Assembly (NCBI GenBank): GCA_049513715.1
Contig: JBEKVV010000002.1
Span: 496,935 to 560,934 of the forward strand
DNA from: Candidatus Bathyarchaeia archaeon
GTDB lineage: Archaea > Thermoproteota > Bathyarchaeia > 40CM-2-53-6
Direction: 5' to 3'
Length of the DNA: 64,000 nt
Below the pieces are notes generated by a model that made no database searches, was not told the origin of the DNA, and saw nothing but the letters and a program-made list of their open reading frames with translations. Below are positions 48,187 through 58,695 of the stretch, piece after piece; position 1 is the first letter of the stretch; the number at the start of each line of letters is the position of its first letter. The position numbers and the translations under genes are program-made.

Positions 48187-50007
48187 GTGAAACTCATTGT
48201 AATCCGGTTGTTCGACGAAACCGGTATCGAGCAGCGTGTCGCGACGCTGTTGAGTTCCCGCGAGGAGTCGCGGTACACCTGCATAGCTTGGGAACCGCAT
48301 ATTCAACAACGGATGCGGAGTTGTGGCATATCGTGCGAGCTCTTCGAAGATTTGATTGAAGATGCTATCGACCGTGAATCATGGGCAGCCGCCCACAGGG
48401 CTTGTAAAGCATTCGCTAATGTCGTGGGCGAGCATAATGACTTACAATATAGGGGCATTCCCCTTTTCGAATGCTTTCCGGACGACCTTTGGTTTTTCAT
48501 AGCCTTCTCACGCGTCTGCGATCTGCTCTCCGAAAAGGGATATTCCGTCGCGATATTTCTCCTAAAGAGGTACTTTCCCGATTTCAGGAGCTCCAAAGTC
48601 AAAACCTATTTCTATGGTGGTTCCTTCAAGTCGAGGGCCAAGGCAGCAGCGTGGCTTCTTCTGACGAATCATTGGTTGGCAGCCCTACTGCCACGCCTGC
48701 TGATTTCAGCTTCGCGATCCATGCTTAGTGCCCTTAGGAAAGATCTGCCACCTGGTGTGAACCGCCGTGCCCCTTCGCCGGATGGCGAACAACAGAAAAC
48801 GGCGTTTTTCGCGGTCGGCTATTCGTCAGATTTTCCCGAATTCTTTGCCAGACCCGTGTATTCAATCGTCGAGGAATGTATGGTCTCAGGCTTCCGCCCA
48901 ATCGTAATCGCCGAAACACCCCATCTCAAGCGCATCTTCAATTCGAGAATGCGTGGGCCTCTCGTATTCTCGTCACATTTCAGCCTGAGCGCGTCGATCG
49001 TCTGGCTTTCTATGGTCCCTGCACTGAATCGCTTGCTAGCACACTTTGAGAGAAGCCTTGGCAAATCGAATAACCATGACCGCCTTGGGTCAGAGCTTTT
49101 GGGGCGCTATTTGAGGTACATTACGCCCTCAATCTGCCTACAGAGTCTGCAATACATTCTGACGCTGGACTCGCTTTTTCGTAGGCTTGCGCCGAGTGTC
49201 GTGCTAATAATGCCGGACCTTTTTCTCTTTGGCAGAACTGCCGCGAAGGTCGCACGGAAATACCGAATTCCATCGCTCACCGTGGTACCGGGAATTGTTG
49301 GCGATCACCCTGCGTACGGAATGGTCTTCGCTGATAGGATCGCGGTCTCCGGGTCGGGAGTAAAACGCGTCTATTTGAAGAGAGGTATTTCGCCCGAGAG
49401 AGTTGTGGTGACGGGGATACCGAATCTGAGTCTGCGGAGGAGTGCGACGGAGCCGACTGCCAGGGGGAGTCCGCAAAAGACCGTTCTGTATGTGACTGAG
49501 AACATCAACTTCACTGCGACCAGGCAAGCCATCCAGGCTACCGTTAATGCAGCGAGGCGCATCGGAGATACCAAGGTCATAGTGAAGGTTCATCCGCGTG
49601 AGGATCTTCGACCGTATGAGCTTCTTGCGGAAGAGGTCGGGTCGAACGGCCTGCAGGTCGTGAAGGATGTGGATTTGCGTTCGCTGATCGAGAGCAGCGA
49701 CCTTGTGATTGTCAACGTTTCCCTAGTGGGACTTGAAGCGATGGTCCTGGGCAAGCCGGTTGTCGTCGTGAATTTCACACGCCGGCCAGAGGTTATCCCG
49801 TATGCGGCGGAAGGGGCTGCGCTGTTAGCCAAGACTCCGAAAGATGTCGAATGCTCTATTCGAACCGCGCTCTTTGACTCTAGAGCGCGGAGGTCGATGC
49901 ATGAGAAGGCTGAGAAATTCATCTCTCAGTATGCGAGTGGAGCTGACGGCAAAGCCAATCGTCGGATTGTTGAGTTGATGGAGAAGATGAGTGCAAACGC
50001 AGTATGA
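48187..50007 (+). CDS. Large GT-B-like protein, second candidate nonulosonate transferase
   Basis: VVTGIP, VKVHPRE, S.VGLEAM..GKP, DGKANRRIV; same architecture as 39089-40972. Confidence 0.6.
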   Translation: MKLIVIRLFDETGIEQRVATLLSSREESRYTCIAWEPHIQQRMRSCGISCELFEDLIEDAIDRESWAAAHRACKAFANVVGEHNDLQYRGIPLFECFPDDLWFFIAFSRVCDLLSEKGYSVAIFLLKRYFPDFRSSKVKTYFYGGSFKSRAKAAAWLLLTNHWLAALLPRLLISASRSMLSALRKDLPPGVNRRAPSPDGEQQKTAFFAVGYSSDFPEFFARPVYSIVEECMVSGFRPIVIAETPHLKRIFNSRMRGPLVFSSHFSLSASIVWLSMVPALNRLLAHFERSLGKSNNHDRLGSELLGRYLRYITPSICLQSLQYILTLDSLFRRLAPSVVLIMPDLFLFGRTAAKVARKYRIPSLTVVPGIVGDHPAYGMVFADRIAVSGSGVKRVYLKRGISPERVVVTGIPNLSLRRSATEPTARGSPQKTVLYVTENINFTATRQAIQATVNAARRIGDTKVIVKVHPREDLRPYELLAEEVGSNGLQVVKDVDLRSLIESSDLVIVNVSLVGLEAMVLGKPVVVVNFTRRPEVIPYAAEGAALLAKTPKDVECSIRTALFDSRARRSMHEKAEKFISQYASGADGKANRRIVELMEKMSANAV

Positions 50008-50071
50008 TTCAAGACGCCCGTACGTTCCGATACAGCATGAAGCAGGGATGGCCCTTGGCTGGTCATTTGAG

Positions 50072-51271
50072 TTATTGAGGTAAGCCTGGGTAACGCACGA
50101 CAGAATCGTAGATTGGTTGAAAATCTTCGTGAAACGGTGACTGTGAATTCAACAGTTTTTCGACCGGCGTGAAACCTCCTCGAGCCAGCAATCTGTCTTC
50201 GTAGTACGCACGTGTAACAACTTCCCGAGGTGAGCGGAGCAAATCACCCACTCGACCCTTGGCTAGGCCGATGCGTGCCGCAGCGCGTAGTGCTAAGAAG
50301 GCTCTTGATAGGCCTCTCGGCTCTTTGTCAACGGTGTTCGGTCGAGGCTGGCTCAAGAGCGCGTCAGCTTCGCGCATGTAGATGGCTAAGTGCTCTCTGA
50401 AAGCGTCGTCGACCGCCTTCTTTGCCGCCGCGAGGGGCATGGGGGATGTGCTGGAGAGTTCTTGGGCGATGCAGTTGCGGAAGTGCATGTAGCGCGTGGA
50501 GTAGTCGTCTAGAGTGAGTAGGTTATGCCAACGCCATGAATCTTCAACACTTGATGTCGACTTGGGGTTTGACGTTCTTACGCCGTGGAGGATGTCAAGG
50601 AATTTCATTTTCCCTTGAACAAGACTCAGGCAGGAGGGCAGCATTTCCGCGAACCCATAGTCCTTCGTCAGCCTCGCGGTGAAGTTCATGTTGCGGGACA
50701 AGTCGGCTCGTCGATGGACTGAATAAAATGTCGGCTTGTAATTTAGTAGATGTTGCCGTAAACGGTGATCTGGGTCTGGGTGGTCAATTGTTGAGGGTGT
50801 GGCTAGGTGTGTCCAAAGTGCAGGCCTGGCTGAGAGGCCTCGGAAGTATACGGGGTAAAATCCGAGCAGGTGCCCATGTGCTATAGAATAGTCCGGGTGT
50901 GCGTCGAGGAATTTGGCGCACTGGTCGAGTGCGTTTGGCACTATGAAATCATCATCTGCGCAGATAACCGCGTACTTGGAGTCAGTTGCTCGCAACGCTT
51001 TGGTAATTCGCTGATACAAGCCCCGCGACGAGTGCGCGTTGGACCTGTAGCACTGATGGTATATGTGTAGAGTGCCATGATGAGAAACCACAAGCTTTTG
51101 GTTCTCCCTTAGGGCGGCGCCTGTGCTTCCGTCAGCCACTACAATCGCATGGGAAAGACGGCAGTCTTGATAATATTTCAACAGCCGCGCAAGGTACTGT
51201 GGGCGATTGTTGGTGGGAACGATGACTGAGACGAGTTCAGAGTCGAGTTCCCTACGCGGGGTGTTCTGCAT
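50072..51271 (-). CDS. GT2-like glycosyltransferase
   Basis: VIVPTNNRP.YL, VADGS, CADDDF, TFYSVHR. Confidence 0.8.
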   Translation of the reverse strand: MQNTPRRELDSELVSVIVPTNNRPQYLARLLKYYQDCRLSHAIVVADGSTGAALRENQKLVVSHHGTLHIYHQCYRSNAHSSRGLYQRITKALRATDSKYAVICADDDFIVPNALDQCAKFLDAHPDYSIAHGHLLGFYPVYFRGLSARPALWTHLATPSTIDHPDPDHRLRQHLLNYKPTFYSVHRRADLSRNMNFTARLTKDYGFAEMLPSCLSLVQGKMKFLDILHGVRTSNPKSTSSVEDSWRWHNLLTLDDYSTRYMHFRNCIAQELSSTSPMPLAAAKKAVDDAFREHLAIYMREADALLSQPRPNTVDKEPRGLSRAFLALRAAARIGLAKGRVGDLLRSPREVVTRAYYEDRLLARGGFTPVEKLLNSQSPFHEDFQPIYDSVVRYPGLPQ

Positions 51272-51416
51272 GTCGGGCAGTCACCATCAAAGCAGGTCGC
51301 GGAAGCGCAGTGTCAATTCGTTGTGTTCTTCATGGTCTTATAAGGCCAGCGTCTCTTTTTCCGATTCCAGAGCAATTCGTCTCATGCAGAACGTGATGGC
51401 CCGCGGGCCGGCAAGC

Positions 51417-51785
51417 CTATTCCTTGATGGGCCTGCACACGTATTCTCGATATGGGAACGACTACACTCCGTCTGCGGATCTAGGTCGATCCCATAGCTC
51501 GACCAGAATCGCAACCGACCTCAATGTACTTCTTAATCTGAGTTTGATTTTCTGTTTCACAGTCAATTCCTTCCGTGGCTGCGATGGCAGGATCTCGGTC
51601 AACTCGAATCTTTGTTTGAGCATTTCCGACAGGTTACGCATCTCCAGGTTTTGAGGCGTAGTGTCTGTGTTCCAGCTGTAGAACACTCCACTGCAGGTTT
51701 CAGCAATTAATTCGAGATATTGATTGATTTGATTGGCTCGCATCTCCTGAAATGACGACATGTTAATGACGCGGTCAAATCGTAA
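51417..51785 (-). pseudogene. 3' remnant of a putative sugar O-methyltransferase
   Basis: RFDRVINMSSFQEM...YL motif preceded directly by a stop; in-frame TAG at 51462-51464, followed by SFPYREYVCRPIKE. Confidence 0.55.
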
Positions 51786-51806
51786 TTATCTGCTGAAGTG
51801 AAATAG

Positions 51807-52586
51807 ATGAATGCCGCGGCAAGAGGCCTGTTGAGAAAGGTCGTCCCACGGCGAGTTGTTAAGTCAATTAGAGTTCTCAGAAATCCAGATCGATATGTTG
51901 CTAAGTCAAATGTGCCATGGACGTATAATCAAGATGGGCTGTGTACTGTACATAACTGCGATTTCATGCAAGACCCACTGTTTCTTGCATCATACAATTT
52001 GGGAAAAGCCACCGGTTCGTGGGGGGCTGCTGACATTCACTGGAGAGCGCATGTCGTCTGCTGGGCGGCGGACAGAGCGAAAACGTTGGACGGTGACTTT
52101 GTCGAGTGCGGCGTTCTCAGAGGCGGATATGCTCGTACTGTAATCAATTACGTTGATTTCAAGGCATTGAACAAGAAATTCTATTTGCTCGACACTTTTG
52201 TCGGTCTGCCTGACAAATACATAACGGCTGAGGAAAGGAAACTCGGCATGGAAGGGTATGCATATGGGGACAGCTACGATGATGTCGCGCGCACTTTCAG
52301 CGGATGGAACGTGGAGATCATTAGAGGCGAGGTTCCGGGTACGCTTCCGCTTGTTGGGGCGAAGAAGGTTTGTTACTTGTCGATTGACATGAATTGCGTG
52401 ACGCCTGAGATTGCCGCGGCGGAGTTTTTCTGGGGGAAGATGGTTAGTGGAGCCATCATGGTGCTTGATGATTATGGCTGGCTGGGGCATCACATTCAGA
52501 AGCAAGCGTTCGACGAGTTTGCGTCTAAGAAAAAGGTTCGAATTTTGTCTCTGCCCACTGGGCAAGGTCTTGTTTTCAAACCTTGA
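51807..52586 (+). CDS. TylF/MycF/NovP-like O-methyltransferase
   Basis: GDFVECGV..G, LDTF.G, SIDMN, LDDYG, PTGQG. Confidence 0.88.
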   Translation: MNAAARGLLRKVVPRRVVKSIRVLRNPDRYVAKSNVPWTYNQDGLCTVHNCDFMQDPLFLASYNLGKATGSWGAADIHWRAHVVCWAADRAKTLDGDFVECGVLRGGYARTVINYVDFKALNKKFYLLDTFVGLPDKYITAEERKLGMEGYAYGDSYDDVARTFSGWNVEIIRGEVPGTLPLVGAKKVCYLSIDMNCVTPEIAAAEFFWGKMVSGAIMVLDDYGWLGHHIQKQAFDEFASKKKVRILSLPTGQGLVFKP

Positions 52587-52712
52587 GTCAGTACAGAACA
52601 TGTTTGGCGAGTGTGACCTTAAACCAGGGGGTTCCACGTATTGCGAAAGCATATGTAGATCTCACGCCGAACCCCTGATAGACAGTCCGGAAAATTCGGT
52701 AACTAGGTTGGG

Positions 52713-53489
52713 TTGCAAGTGAAGGTCGTGATCCTAGCTGGCGGTAGGGGGTCTCGTCTCTCAGAGGAAACAGATGTGAAACCCAAGCCTATGGTAGAAA
52801 TTGGCGGAAGACCCATTATTTGGCATATCATGAAACACTACGCGCATTACGGCTTCAAGGAGTTCTTCATAGCATTAGGGTATAAAGGCGAGATGATCAA
52901 ACGCTATTTTTTCAACTATTTTCCGCTTGTGGGGAACACGACTATCGACCTCTCCAACGGCAGAATGACACCGGATAAGAAGAGTTCAGAGGACTGGATT
53001 GTCCACTTATTTGATACCGGCCTCGAGACAAACACTGGCGGCAGAATAAAGCGACTTGAATCATGGCTGAAAGATGAGACGTTCATGATGACTTACGGTG
53101 ACGGAGTCAGCGACCTTAACCTTGCAGACCTGTTACGGTTCCACAAATTACAGCACCGAATTGGCACTGTTACGGCCGTACGACCTCCAGCCCGATACGG
53201 TGGACTGGTCATTGATGGCGACGTTGTGACCCAATTCAGCGAGAAACTACAGATCGGAGAGGGCTGGATCAACGGCGGTTTCTGCGTGTTCGAGCCCGCA
53301 GTATTCAACTATCTTTCTGATGACAGAGCCATTTTGGAAGTGAATGCTTTGGAACCGCTCGCAGCAGAAGGCCAGCTTGCGGCTTACAAACATGAGAGTT
53401 TCTGGCAGAGTATGGACACTCTTCGTGAAGTCAGGATTTTGGAGAACCTGTGGCAGAGCGGCAAGCCTCCTTGGAAACTGTGGGAATAA
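52713..53489 (+). CDS. rfbF: Glucose-1-phosphate cytidylyltransferase
   Basis: [47 protein letters not shown]. Confidence 0.93.
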   Translation: MQVKVVILAGGRGSRLSEETDVKPKPMVEIGGRPIIWHIMKHYAHYGFKEFFIALGYKGEMIKRYFFNYFPLVGNTTIDLSNGRMTPDKKSSEDWIVHLFDTGLETNTGGRIKRLESWLKDETFMMTYGDGVSDLNLADLLRFHKLQHRIGTVTAVRPPARYGGLVIDGDVVTQFSEKLQIGEGWINGGFCVFEPAVFNYLSDDRAILEVNALEPLAAEGQLAAYKHESFWQSMDTLREVRILENLWQSGKPPWKLWE

Positions 53490-54472
53490 TGCAGAAGAGC
53501 AAAACGGCTTTCTGGCAGGACCGACCGGTCTTCGTCACCGGTGCAACGGGACTCCTTGGCGGCTGGTTGACAAAGAGACTAGTTGAATTCAACGCCGACG
53601 TCGTTTGCCTCGTCCGAGACTGGGTGCCACAAAGCGAACTCGTGGGCTCCCGAACTATCGAGCGTGTGAAGGTTGTGCGAGGCGACGTGCGAAACCAGAA
53701 ACTCCTTGAGCAATCCTTAGGAGAATATGAGATTGAGACGGTGTTCAATCTCGCTGCTCAGACGATCGTACCGATCGCCAACCGAAACCCGATTTCAACC
53801 TTCGAAACGAATATCGGCGGAACTTGGGCCTTGCTCGAAGCATGTCGCAGAAGCCCAACCGTAAGGCAAGTCGTCCAAGCATCCTCAGACAAGGCATATG
53901 GTGAACACAAGGACCTTCCTTACAATGAGGAGCATCCACTCAAGGCGACTCACCCATACGACGTAAGCAAGTCCTCCGCTGACCTACTCGCACGGACATA
54001 CGCGGCGACTTTCAACCAGCCTGTGGTGACAACTAGGTGCGGGAACTTCTTCGGCGGTGGAGATCTTAACTGGAACAGGGTGGTCCCTGGCACGATTCGA
54101 TCAGTCGTAAGAAACAAGCCGCCAGTCATCCGTTCAGATGGGAAATTCGTACGCGACTACTTCTACGTCGAAGACGCAGTTGAGGCATACTTGGAGATGG
54201 CTGAACACCTCGCTCAAAATCAGAACCTGCGAGGGGAAGCATTCAATTTTTCTTACGAACAGCCAAAGAACGTGCTCGAGATCGTCAACCTGATTCTTAA
54301 GTTGATGCGTTCAGACCTCGAGCCTGAGATTCGAAATGAAGCCACTGGCGAGATACACAGCCAATACCTGAGTGCCCAGAAAGCACGGAAAATCCTCGAC
54401 TGGAAACCACTTTTCACCTTAGAAGAAGGTATGAAGCGAACGATTGATTGGTATCGAAAGTTCCTGGGGTAG
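53489..54472 (+). CDS. CDP-glucose 4,6-dehydratase-like SDR
   Basis: [37 protein letters not shown] coupling to rfbF. Confidence 0.85.
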   Translation: MQKSKTAFWQDRPVFVTGATGLLGGWLTKRLVEFNADVVCLVRDWVPQSELVGSRTIERVKVVRGDVRNQKLLEQSLGEYEIETVFNLAAQTIVPIANRNPISTFETNIGGTWALLEACRRSPTVRQVVQASSDKAYGEHKDLPYNEEHPLKATHPYDVSKSSADLLARTYAATFNQPVVTTRCGNFFGGGDLNWNRVVPGTIRSVVRNKPPVIRSDGKFVRDYFYVEDAVEAYLEMAEHLAQNQNLRGEAFNFSYEQPKNVLEIVNLILKLMRSDLEPEIRNEATGEIHSQYLSAQKARKILDWKPLFTLEEGMKRTIDWYRKFLG

Positions 54473-54483
54473 CCACGACGATT

Positions 54484-55035
54484 GTGCACGAGCTGCAAAT
54501 TGAAGAGCTGAAACTTCAAGGTGCTTTTCTCATCGAACCGAAGGAATTTCTCGATAAGCGAGGGGCATTCATCAAACTCTTCAACCGGCAGGTTCTCGAC
54601 TCAGAGAGAGTCAAGCCAATTTTTGTCGAAGAATATCTTTCAGTTTCTAAACGGAATGTGATTCGAGGGCTGCACTATCAAGTTCCCCCCTATTCACAAG
54701 CCAAGCTCGTCCGTTGCGCGAAAGGCTCTGTGTTCGATGTGATAGTGGACCTGCGTCGTGGTTCGAAGACCTTCGGGCACTATTACGCGAAGCGGTTGTC
54801 AGAAGACGATGTGGTTAGCTTATTTGTGCCGAAGGAATTTGCGCACGGTTTCCTAGCTTTGGAGGACAGCGCCGTGTCCTACTTAGTTGACAATGATTAC
54901 GCCCCTCAATACGAACGAGGGGTCATTTGGAACGACACCACTCTAAAGATCAATTGGCCCAAGAGAAGCAAGTACATCGTGTCGGAAAGAGACTCAAGCT
55001 TGCCGACTTTCGAGCAAGCGGAGAAGTTTGAATAG
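54484..55035 (+). CDS. rfbC: NDP-4-keto-6-deoxyglucose 3,5-epimerase (RmlC/RfbC)
   Basis: DKRG.F, IRGLHYQ, QAKLVRC, DLRRGS, FAHGF. Confidence 0.9.
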   Translation: MHELQIEELKLQGAFLIEPKEFLDKRGAFIKLFNRQVLDSERVKPIFVEEYLSVSKRNVIRGLHYQVPPYSQAKLVRCAKGSVFDVIVDLRRGSKTFGHYYAKRLSEDDVVSLFVPKEFAHGFLALEDSAVSYLVDNDYAPQYERGVIWNDTTLKINWPKRSKYIVSERDSSLPTFEQAEKFE

Positions 55036-55055
55036 TGTAACAAATTTCCACAAAG

Positions 55056-55814
55056 ATGCCAACTAATAATAACCCCACTAACACGTCTCCTCTGTCGGCC
55101 ATGACAAGAAAGAAAGTTCTCGATAGGTACGACATCTTTCCCCACATTGAGGACAGAATGAGTATGACGGCACGAGAGTGGCTGAACTACCATTTCACGA
55201 TGCAGAGAAACTTTACACGATACCTCGGCCACACGGTACTGAAGACACCTTTCGATTGGATCGTCATAGGCGACATAATCCAAGACACGGAACCCGAGGT
55301 CATTATTGAGATTGGCTCAGGGCAGGGCGGCTACACGCTCTGGATGGCCCATCTGCTAGATGCCATGGGCAAAGATACGGACATCATCAGCATTGATGTA
55401 AAAGACACTGCATCAAAGAACGTGCAGCATAAGCGCGTCAAATGGATAGTAGGAGATGCGGTAGCCCCGGAAACAATCAAGCAGGTTGAGAGATTACGCA
55501 GAGAGAAACGCGGGATGGTTGTCGAGGACTCGGACCACAAGTACCACACAACCCTCGCGATTTTGCAAGCATACGAGAAGTACGTTGCTCTAAACCACTA
55601 TTTTGTTGTAGAGGATACCATTGTGGAATTCCTGGATCTTCCCCCCTTCCCGGGCCCGCTGAGAGCCGTCAAGGAGTTTATGGAGAGCCACAAAGATGCT
55701 TTTGTCATAGACCGCACGAGGGAGAAGTACATCTTCACTCATAACCCGATGGGCTTCTTGCTCAGGATCCATGACCCGAAGAATACAGCCCAGACGACAA
55801 GCCAGGCCCGTTGA
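55056..55814 (+). CDS. CmcI / rhamnosyl O-methyltransferase family protein
   Basis: KTPFD, IIEIGSGQGG, EDSDH, VVEDT, THNPMGFL. Confidence 0.85.
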   Translation: MPTNNNPTNTSPLSAMTRKKVLDRYDIFPHIEDRMSMTAREWLNYHFTMQRNFTRYLGHTVLKTPFDWIVIGDIIQDTEPEVIIEIGSGQGGYTLWMAHLLDAMGKDTDIISIDVKDTASKNVQHKRVKWIVGDAVAPETIKQVERLRREKRGMVVEDSDHKYHTTLAILQAYEKYVALNHYFVVEDTIVEFLDLPPFPGPLRAVKEFMESHKDAFVIDRTREKYIFTHNPMGFLLRIHDPKNTAQTTSQAR

Positions 55815-55860
55815 AACACAAAACTTTCATTCATTTCTAGGTCTAGTGCTTCAGAGCCAC

Positions 55861-56970
55861 ATGACCTCTTCCGATTTAACGAAGCTTTTCAGAGCGCTGC
55901 AAATTATCGGAAAGAATGATAAACTACGAGCTGAATTTGTTGCTGCCTGTCGGGACGTCGAAAGTCATCTTCAATACCGAGACGGAAGCGTACGGGATGA
56001 TATCACAGGTCCCGTCTTAGATGCGCTTCACAGTGACGTAGGAATCCTCAGGAAGAAATTGAGTTCAGGACTGACTTTCGACTTCTACTATCGTTCAAAG
56101 ATAGCCCGTGATTTCATCATGTCAATCCCGGAGGTTCCTGATCACGTCTGGGAACCGCAGACAACGAAGTTGCTGCTGCTTCTTGCGGCCCACGCAAAAC
56201 ATGTGATAATAGGTGGCGCGTATTTCGGAGAACAGGCAGTCCCGGTTGCAAAGGAAATGGCTCCATTTGGCGGTGTCTGTCATGCTTTCGAGCCTAACCT
56301 GGAGCACTCGAAAATGCTAGCGCGGAACGCAGCGCTGAACGAGTTAAGCAATTTGCGTGTTCTCAAATTGGGATTGTGGCACGAAGACCACGCTCACTTA
56401 ACCCTGGCAGGAGAGGACGCTTATGCTAGCTCCCGATCTCCAAGTGAAGGAATGAGAGAAGAGACATTCGAGACCATTACGATTGATTCGTATCTGAAAC
56501 AACAGGGAATCGATCACATAGACGTCATCATGCTAGACATAGAGGGGGGAGAACTCAGGGCGTTGCAAGGGGCAAGTCACCAGCTTGGTTTGAGAGAACA
56601 GGCGCCAAGTATTGTTTTTGAGGTGCACCGGAACTTTGTGGATTGGTCAAGAGGATTGCAGAACACAGAGATACTGCAATACCTCCTCTCCTTCGGCTAC
56701 AAGGTGTTCGCAATTCGCGACTTTCAATCCAACTTTGACATGCGTTGCAGACCCATCGAGCTAATTCCGCCCGATAGCGTCTACTTGGAGGGGCCTCCTC
56801 ACGGGTTTAACATGCTCGCCATCAAGGACGCTGCGAAGATAGGGTCGGGGCAATTCAGAATTTGTAGAGGCGTAAGCCCGAAGCTACTTACACACAAGGA
56901 TCCTACTCTGCATCATCCGACTGACGGCCTAGAATTGAAGAAGACGAACGAGAGATTGAGGGAGAATTGA
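55861..56970 (+). CDS. FkbM family methyltransferase
   Basis: GGAYFG, AFEPN, TIDS, LDIEGGE, VFEVH. Confidence 0.85.
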   Translation: MTSSDLTKLFRALQIIGKNDKLRAEFVAACRDVESHLQYRDGSVRDDITGPVLDALHSDVGILRKKLSSGLTFDFYYRSKIARDFIMSIPEVPDHVWEPQTTKLLLLLAAHAKHVIIGGAYFGEQAVPVAKEMAPFGGVCHAFEPNLEHSKMLARNAALNELSNLRVLKLGLWHEDHAHLTLAGEDAYASSRSPSEGMREETFETITIDSYLKQQGIDHIDVIMLDIEGGELRALQGASHQLGLREQAPSIVFEVHRNFVDWSRGLQNTEILQYLLSFGYKVFAIRDFQSNFDMRCRPIELIPPDSVYLEGPPHGFNMLAIKDAAKIGSGQFRICRGVSPKLLTHKDPTLHHPTDGLELKKTNERLREN

Positions 56971-57797
56971 AATTCACAGTCCTTGGGGGCCACGGATTCA
57001 TCGGGTCTCACCTAGTACGATATCTTCAAAGTCTAGGAGAGGAGGTGTTCTCTCCCTCAAGAGAAGATCAGACGATTTTCAGGCGGGAACTTGGGCATGT
57101 CTTCTACTGCGTCGGTTTGACCGCCGATTTCAGGCAAAGGACTCACGATACAGTGCGAGCACATGTATGCTACCTCTCCGAGGTTCTTGAGAAGGCGCGT
57201 TTTGACTCGTTGCTTTACCTATCCTCGACGCGCGTGTACGCCAACATGCCGAGCACAGGTGAAGATCAGAAGTTAATCGTCAATCCTCAAGACTCGGACG
57301 AGCTATACAATCTTTCAAAGCTCATGGGAGAGTCATTATGTTTCTCGAGTGGTCGTCCCAATGTTCGGGTTGTTAGGTTGTCGAACGTGTACGGCGTTGA
57401 TTTCACGAATCCCATGTTCATCTTTTCCGTCATCCGAGACGCAGTCGAGAAGAAGAAAGTCATGCTTTCTGTTTCCTTGGATTCCGAGAAAGACTATGTT
57501 AGCATTGAAGATGTTGTCAAGCTAGTGCGGGAGATTGCGATACGAGGCCGGCACCGCTCATATAACATTGCCAGTGGTGTTAACACAACCAACCGAGAAC
57601 TCTTGCAGTCGATTCAGAGCATCACAGGTTGCGCTCTGGAGGTATCAGAGGAGGCTGAAAGAATAGCGTATCCGAGGATCTCAATTAGCCGAATTAGGAA
57701 TGAGTTTGATTTCTCGCCGGCGTCTCTCAATGATGGCATTGCCGGAATGGTTCACGCTTACAAGTCGGCAGCTGCATCTGGAAGTCGCGATAAATGA
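56967..57797 (+). CDS. NAD-dependent epimerase/reductase (SDR)
   Basis: GGHGFIG, SSTRVY, YNLSK, RLSNVYG. Confidence 0.88.
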   Translation: MKFTVLGGHGFIGSHLVRYLQSLGEEVFSPSREDQTIFRRELGHVFYCVGLTADFRQRTHDTVRAHVCYLSEVLEKARFDSLLYLSSTRVYANMPSTGEDQKLIVNPQDSDELYNLSKLMGESLCFSSGRPNVRVVRLSNVYGVDFTNPMFIFSVIRDAVEKKKVMLSVSLDSEKDYVSIEDVVKLVREIAIRGRHRSYNIASGVNTTNRELLQSIQSITGCALEVSEEAERIAYPRISISRIRNEFDFSPASLNDGIAGMVHAYKSAAASGSRDK

Positions 57798-57862
57798 TAC
57801 TTGCTGGAAATTTCGGGCAGGGTGCCGAAAATGATTCTTCCTATAGTGTGCGCGCTGCTCTC

Positions 57863-58192
57863 CTAGAGTCCCCGTATGCCCCTTCTTAGAGTCCCCACGT
57901 ATCCTCCTTTTAGAAGGGTTTCGTATTGCCTTTCTAGTGCGTCTATTTCCGCCTTCTCAGCTTCATCCAACAAGCCGTTTGCTTCCGCCAGTTTTTTCAT
58001 AAGCCGCAGGCGAAGTAGTTCTGAAGGTGTCTGTACGTCTCTCGCAATTCCGGCTGTTGGAAGTTTGTACACGTATGGACTCGCTTCGTACGCGATGTCT
58101 TGTTCACTCGTGAAGAGCATGCCTCTTTTCAGATGCGCCCAACCGATGGCGACCGAGAGGGGACCTCCTATTGCCGTCGCAAGATGTGCCAA
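57863..58192 (-). pseudogene. 5'-truncated tandem duplicate of the 58213-58695 gene (may still be translated from TTG)
   Basis: Aligns to the last ~105 aa of its neighbour (GIARDVQTPSELLRLRL identical) and lacks the first TM region. Confidence 0.6.
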
Positions 58193-58212
58193 CTTTAACG
58201 GTCCTGACGGAT

Positions 58213-58695
58213 TCAGTGACGTCTGGGAACGCCGACATATTTTCCTTCCAAAAGCGTTTGATATTTCTGTTCCACTGCTCCGATTTCCGCTTTTTCGGCA
58301 TCACTGAGTAGACCATTCACTTCAGCTAATTTCTTGAGGAGACGCAGCCGGAGCAGCTCTGAAGGTGTTTGAACATCTCTCGCAATACCGGATTCGGGGA
58401 GTTTGTATATGTATGGGTTGGCCTCCACAGCGATGTCGGCTTCGCTGGTAAAGAGTGCGCTCCGCTTCAAATGCACCCACCCGATGGCCACCGAGAGGGG
58501 GGCGCCTATGACTGTTGCGAGAAAAGCGAACGGCAGAAACTTCGGAAAAATGTCTAGCAGTTGGGGTATGTTCTTGACGGCCAGATAGTAAACGGTAACC
58601 AACGTGGATAGGTAACCGAGTATGAACGTGAGGTAGGTCGAGTATCCTAAACGGAAGTAGTACCACGCCCGCGAAACTAATCGTAGCACTGACAT
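58213..58695 (-). CDS. Uncharacterised 2-TM protein (intact member of a three-copy family)
   Basis: RAWYYFRLGYSTY...YYLA...FP.F...IGWVHLKR...EADI..EANPY; start at ATG 58695. Confidence 0.8.
   Translation of the reverse strand: MSVLRLVSRAWYYFRLGYSTYLTFILGYLSTLVTVYYLAVKNIPQLLDIFPKFLPFAFLATVIGAPLSVAIGWVHLKRSALFTSEADIAVEANPYIYKLPESGIARDVQTPSELLRLRLLKKLAEVNGLLSDAEKAEIGAVEQKYQTLLEGKYVGVPRRH

Noticed and set aside
51462..51464. In-frame TAG as possible pyrrolysine or readthrough
   Set aside because: It lies in a 5'-truncated remnant and there are no pyl genes in the window; decay is the simpler explanation.
51990..52652. 220-aa minus-strand ORF
   Set aside because: Antisense to the TylF-like methyltransferase, with no recognisable motifs.
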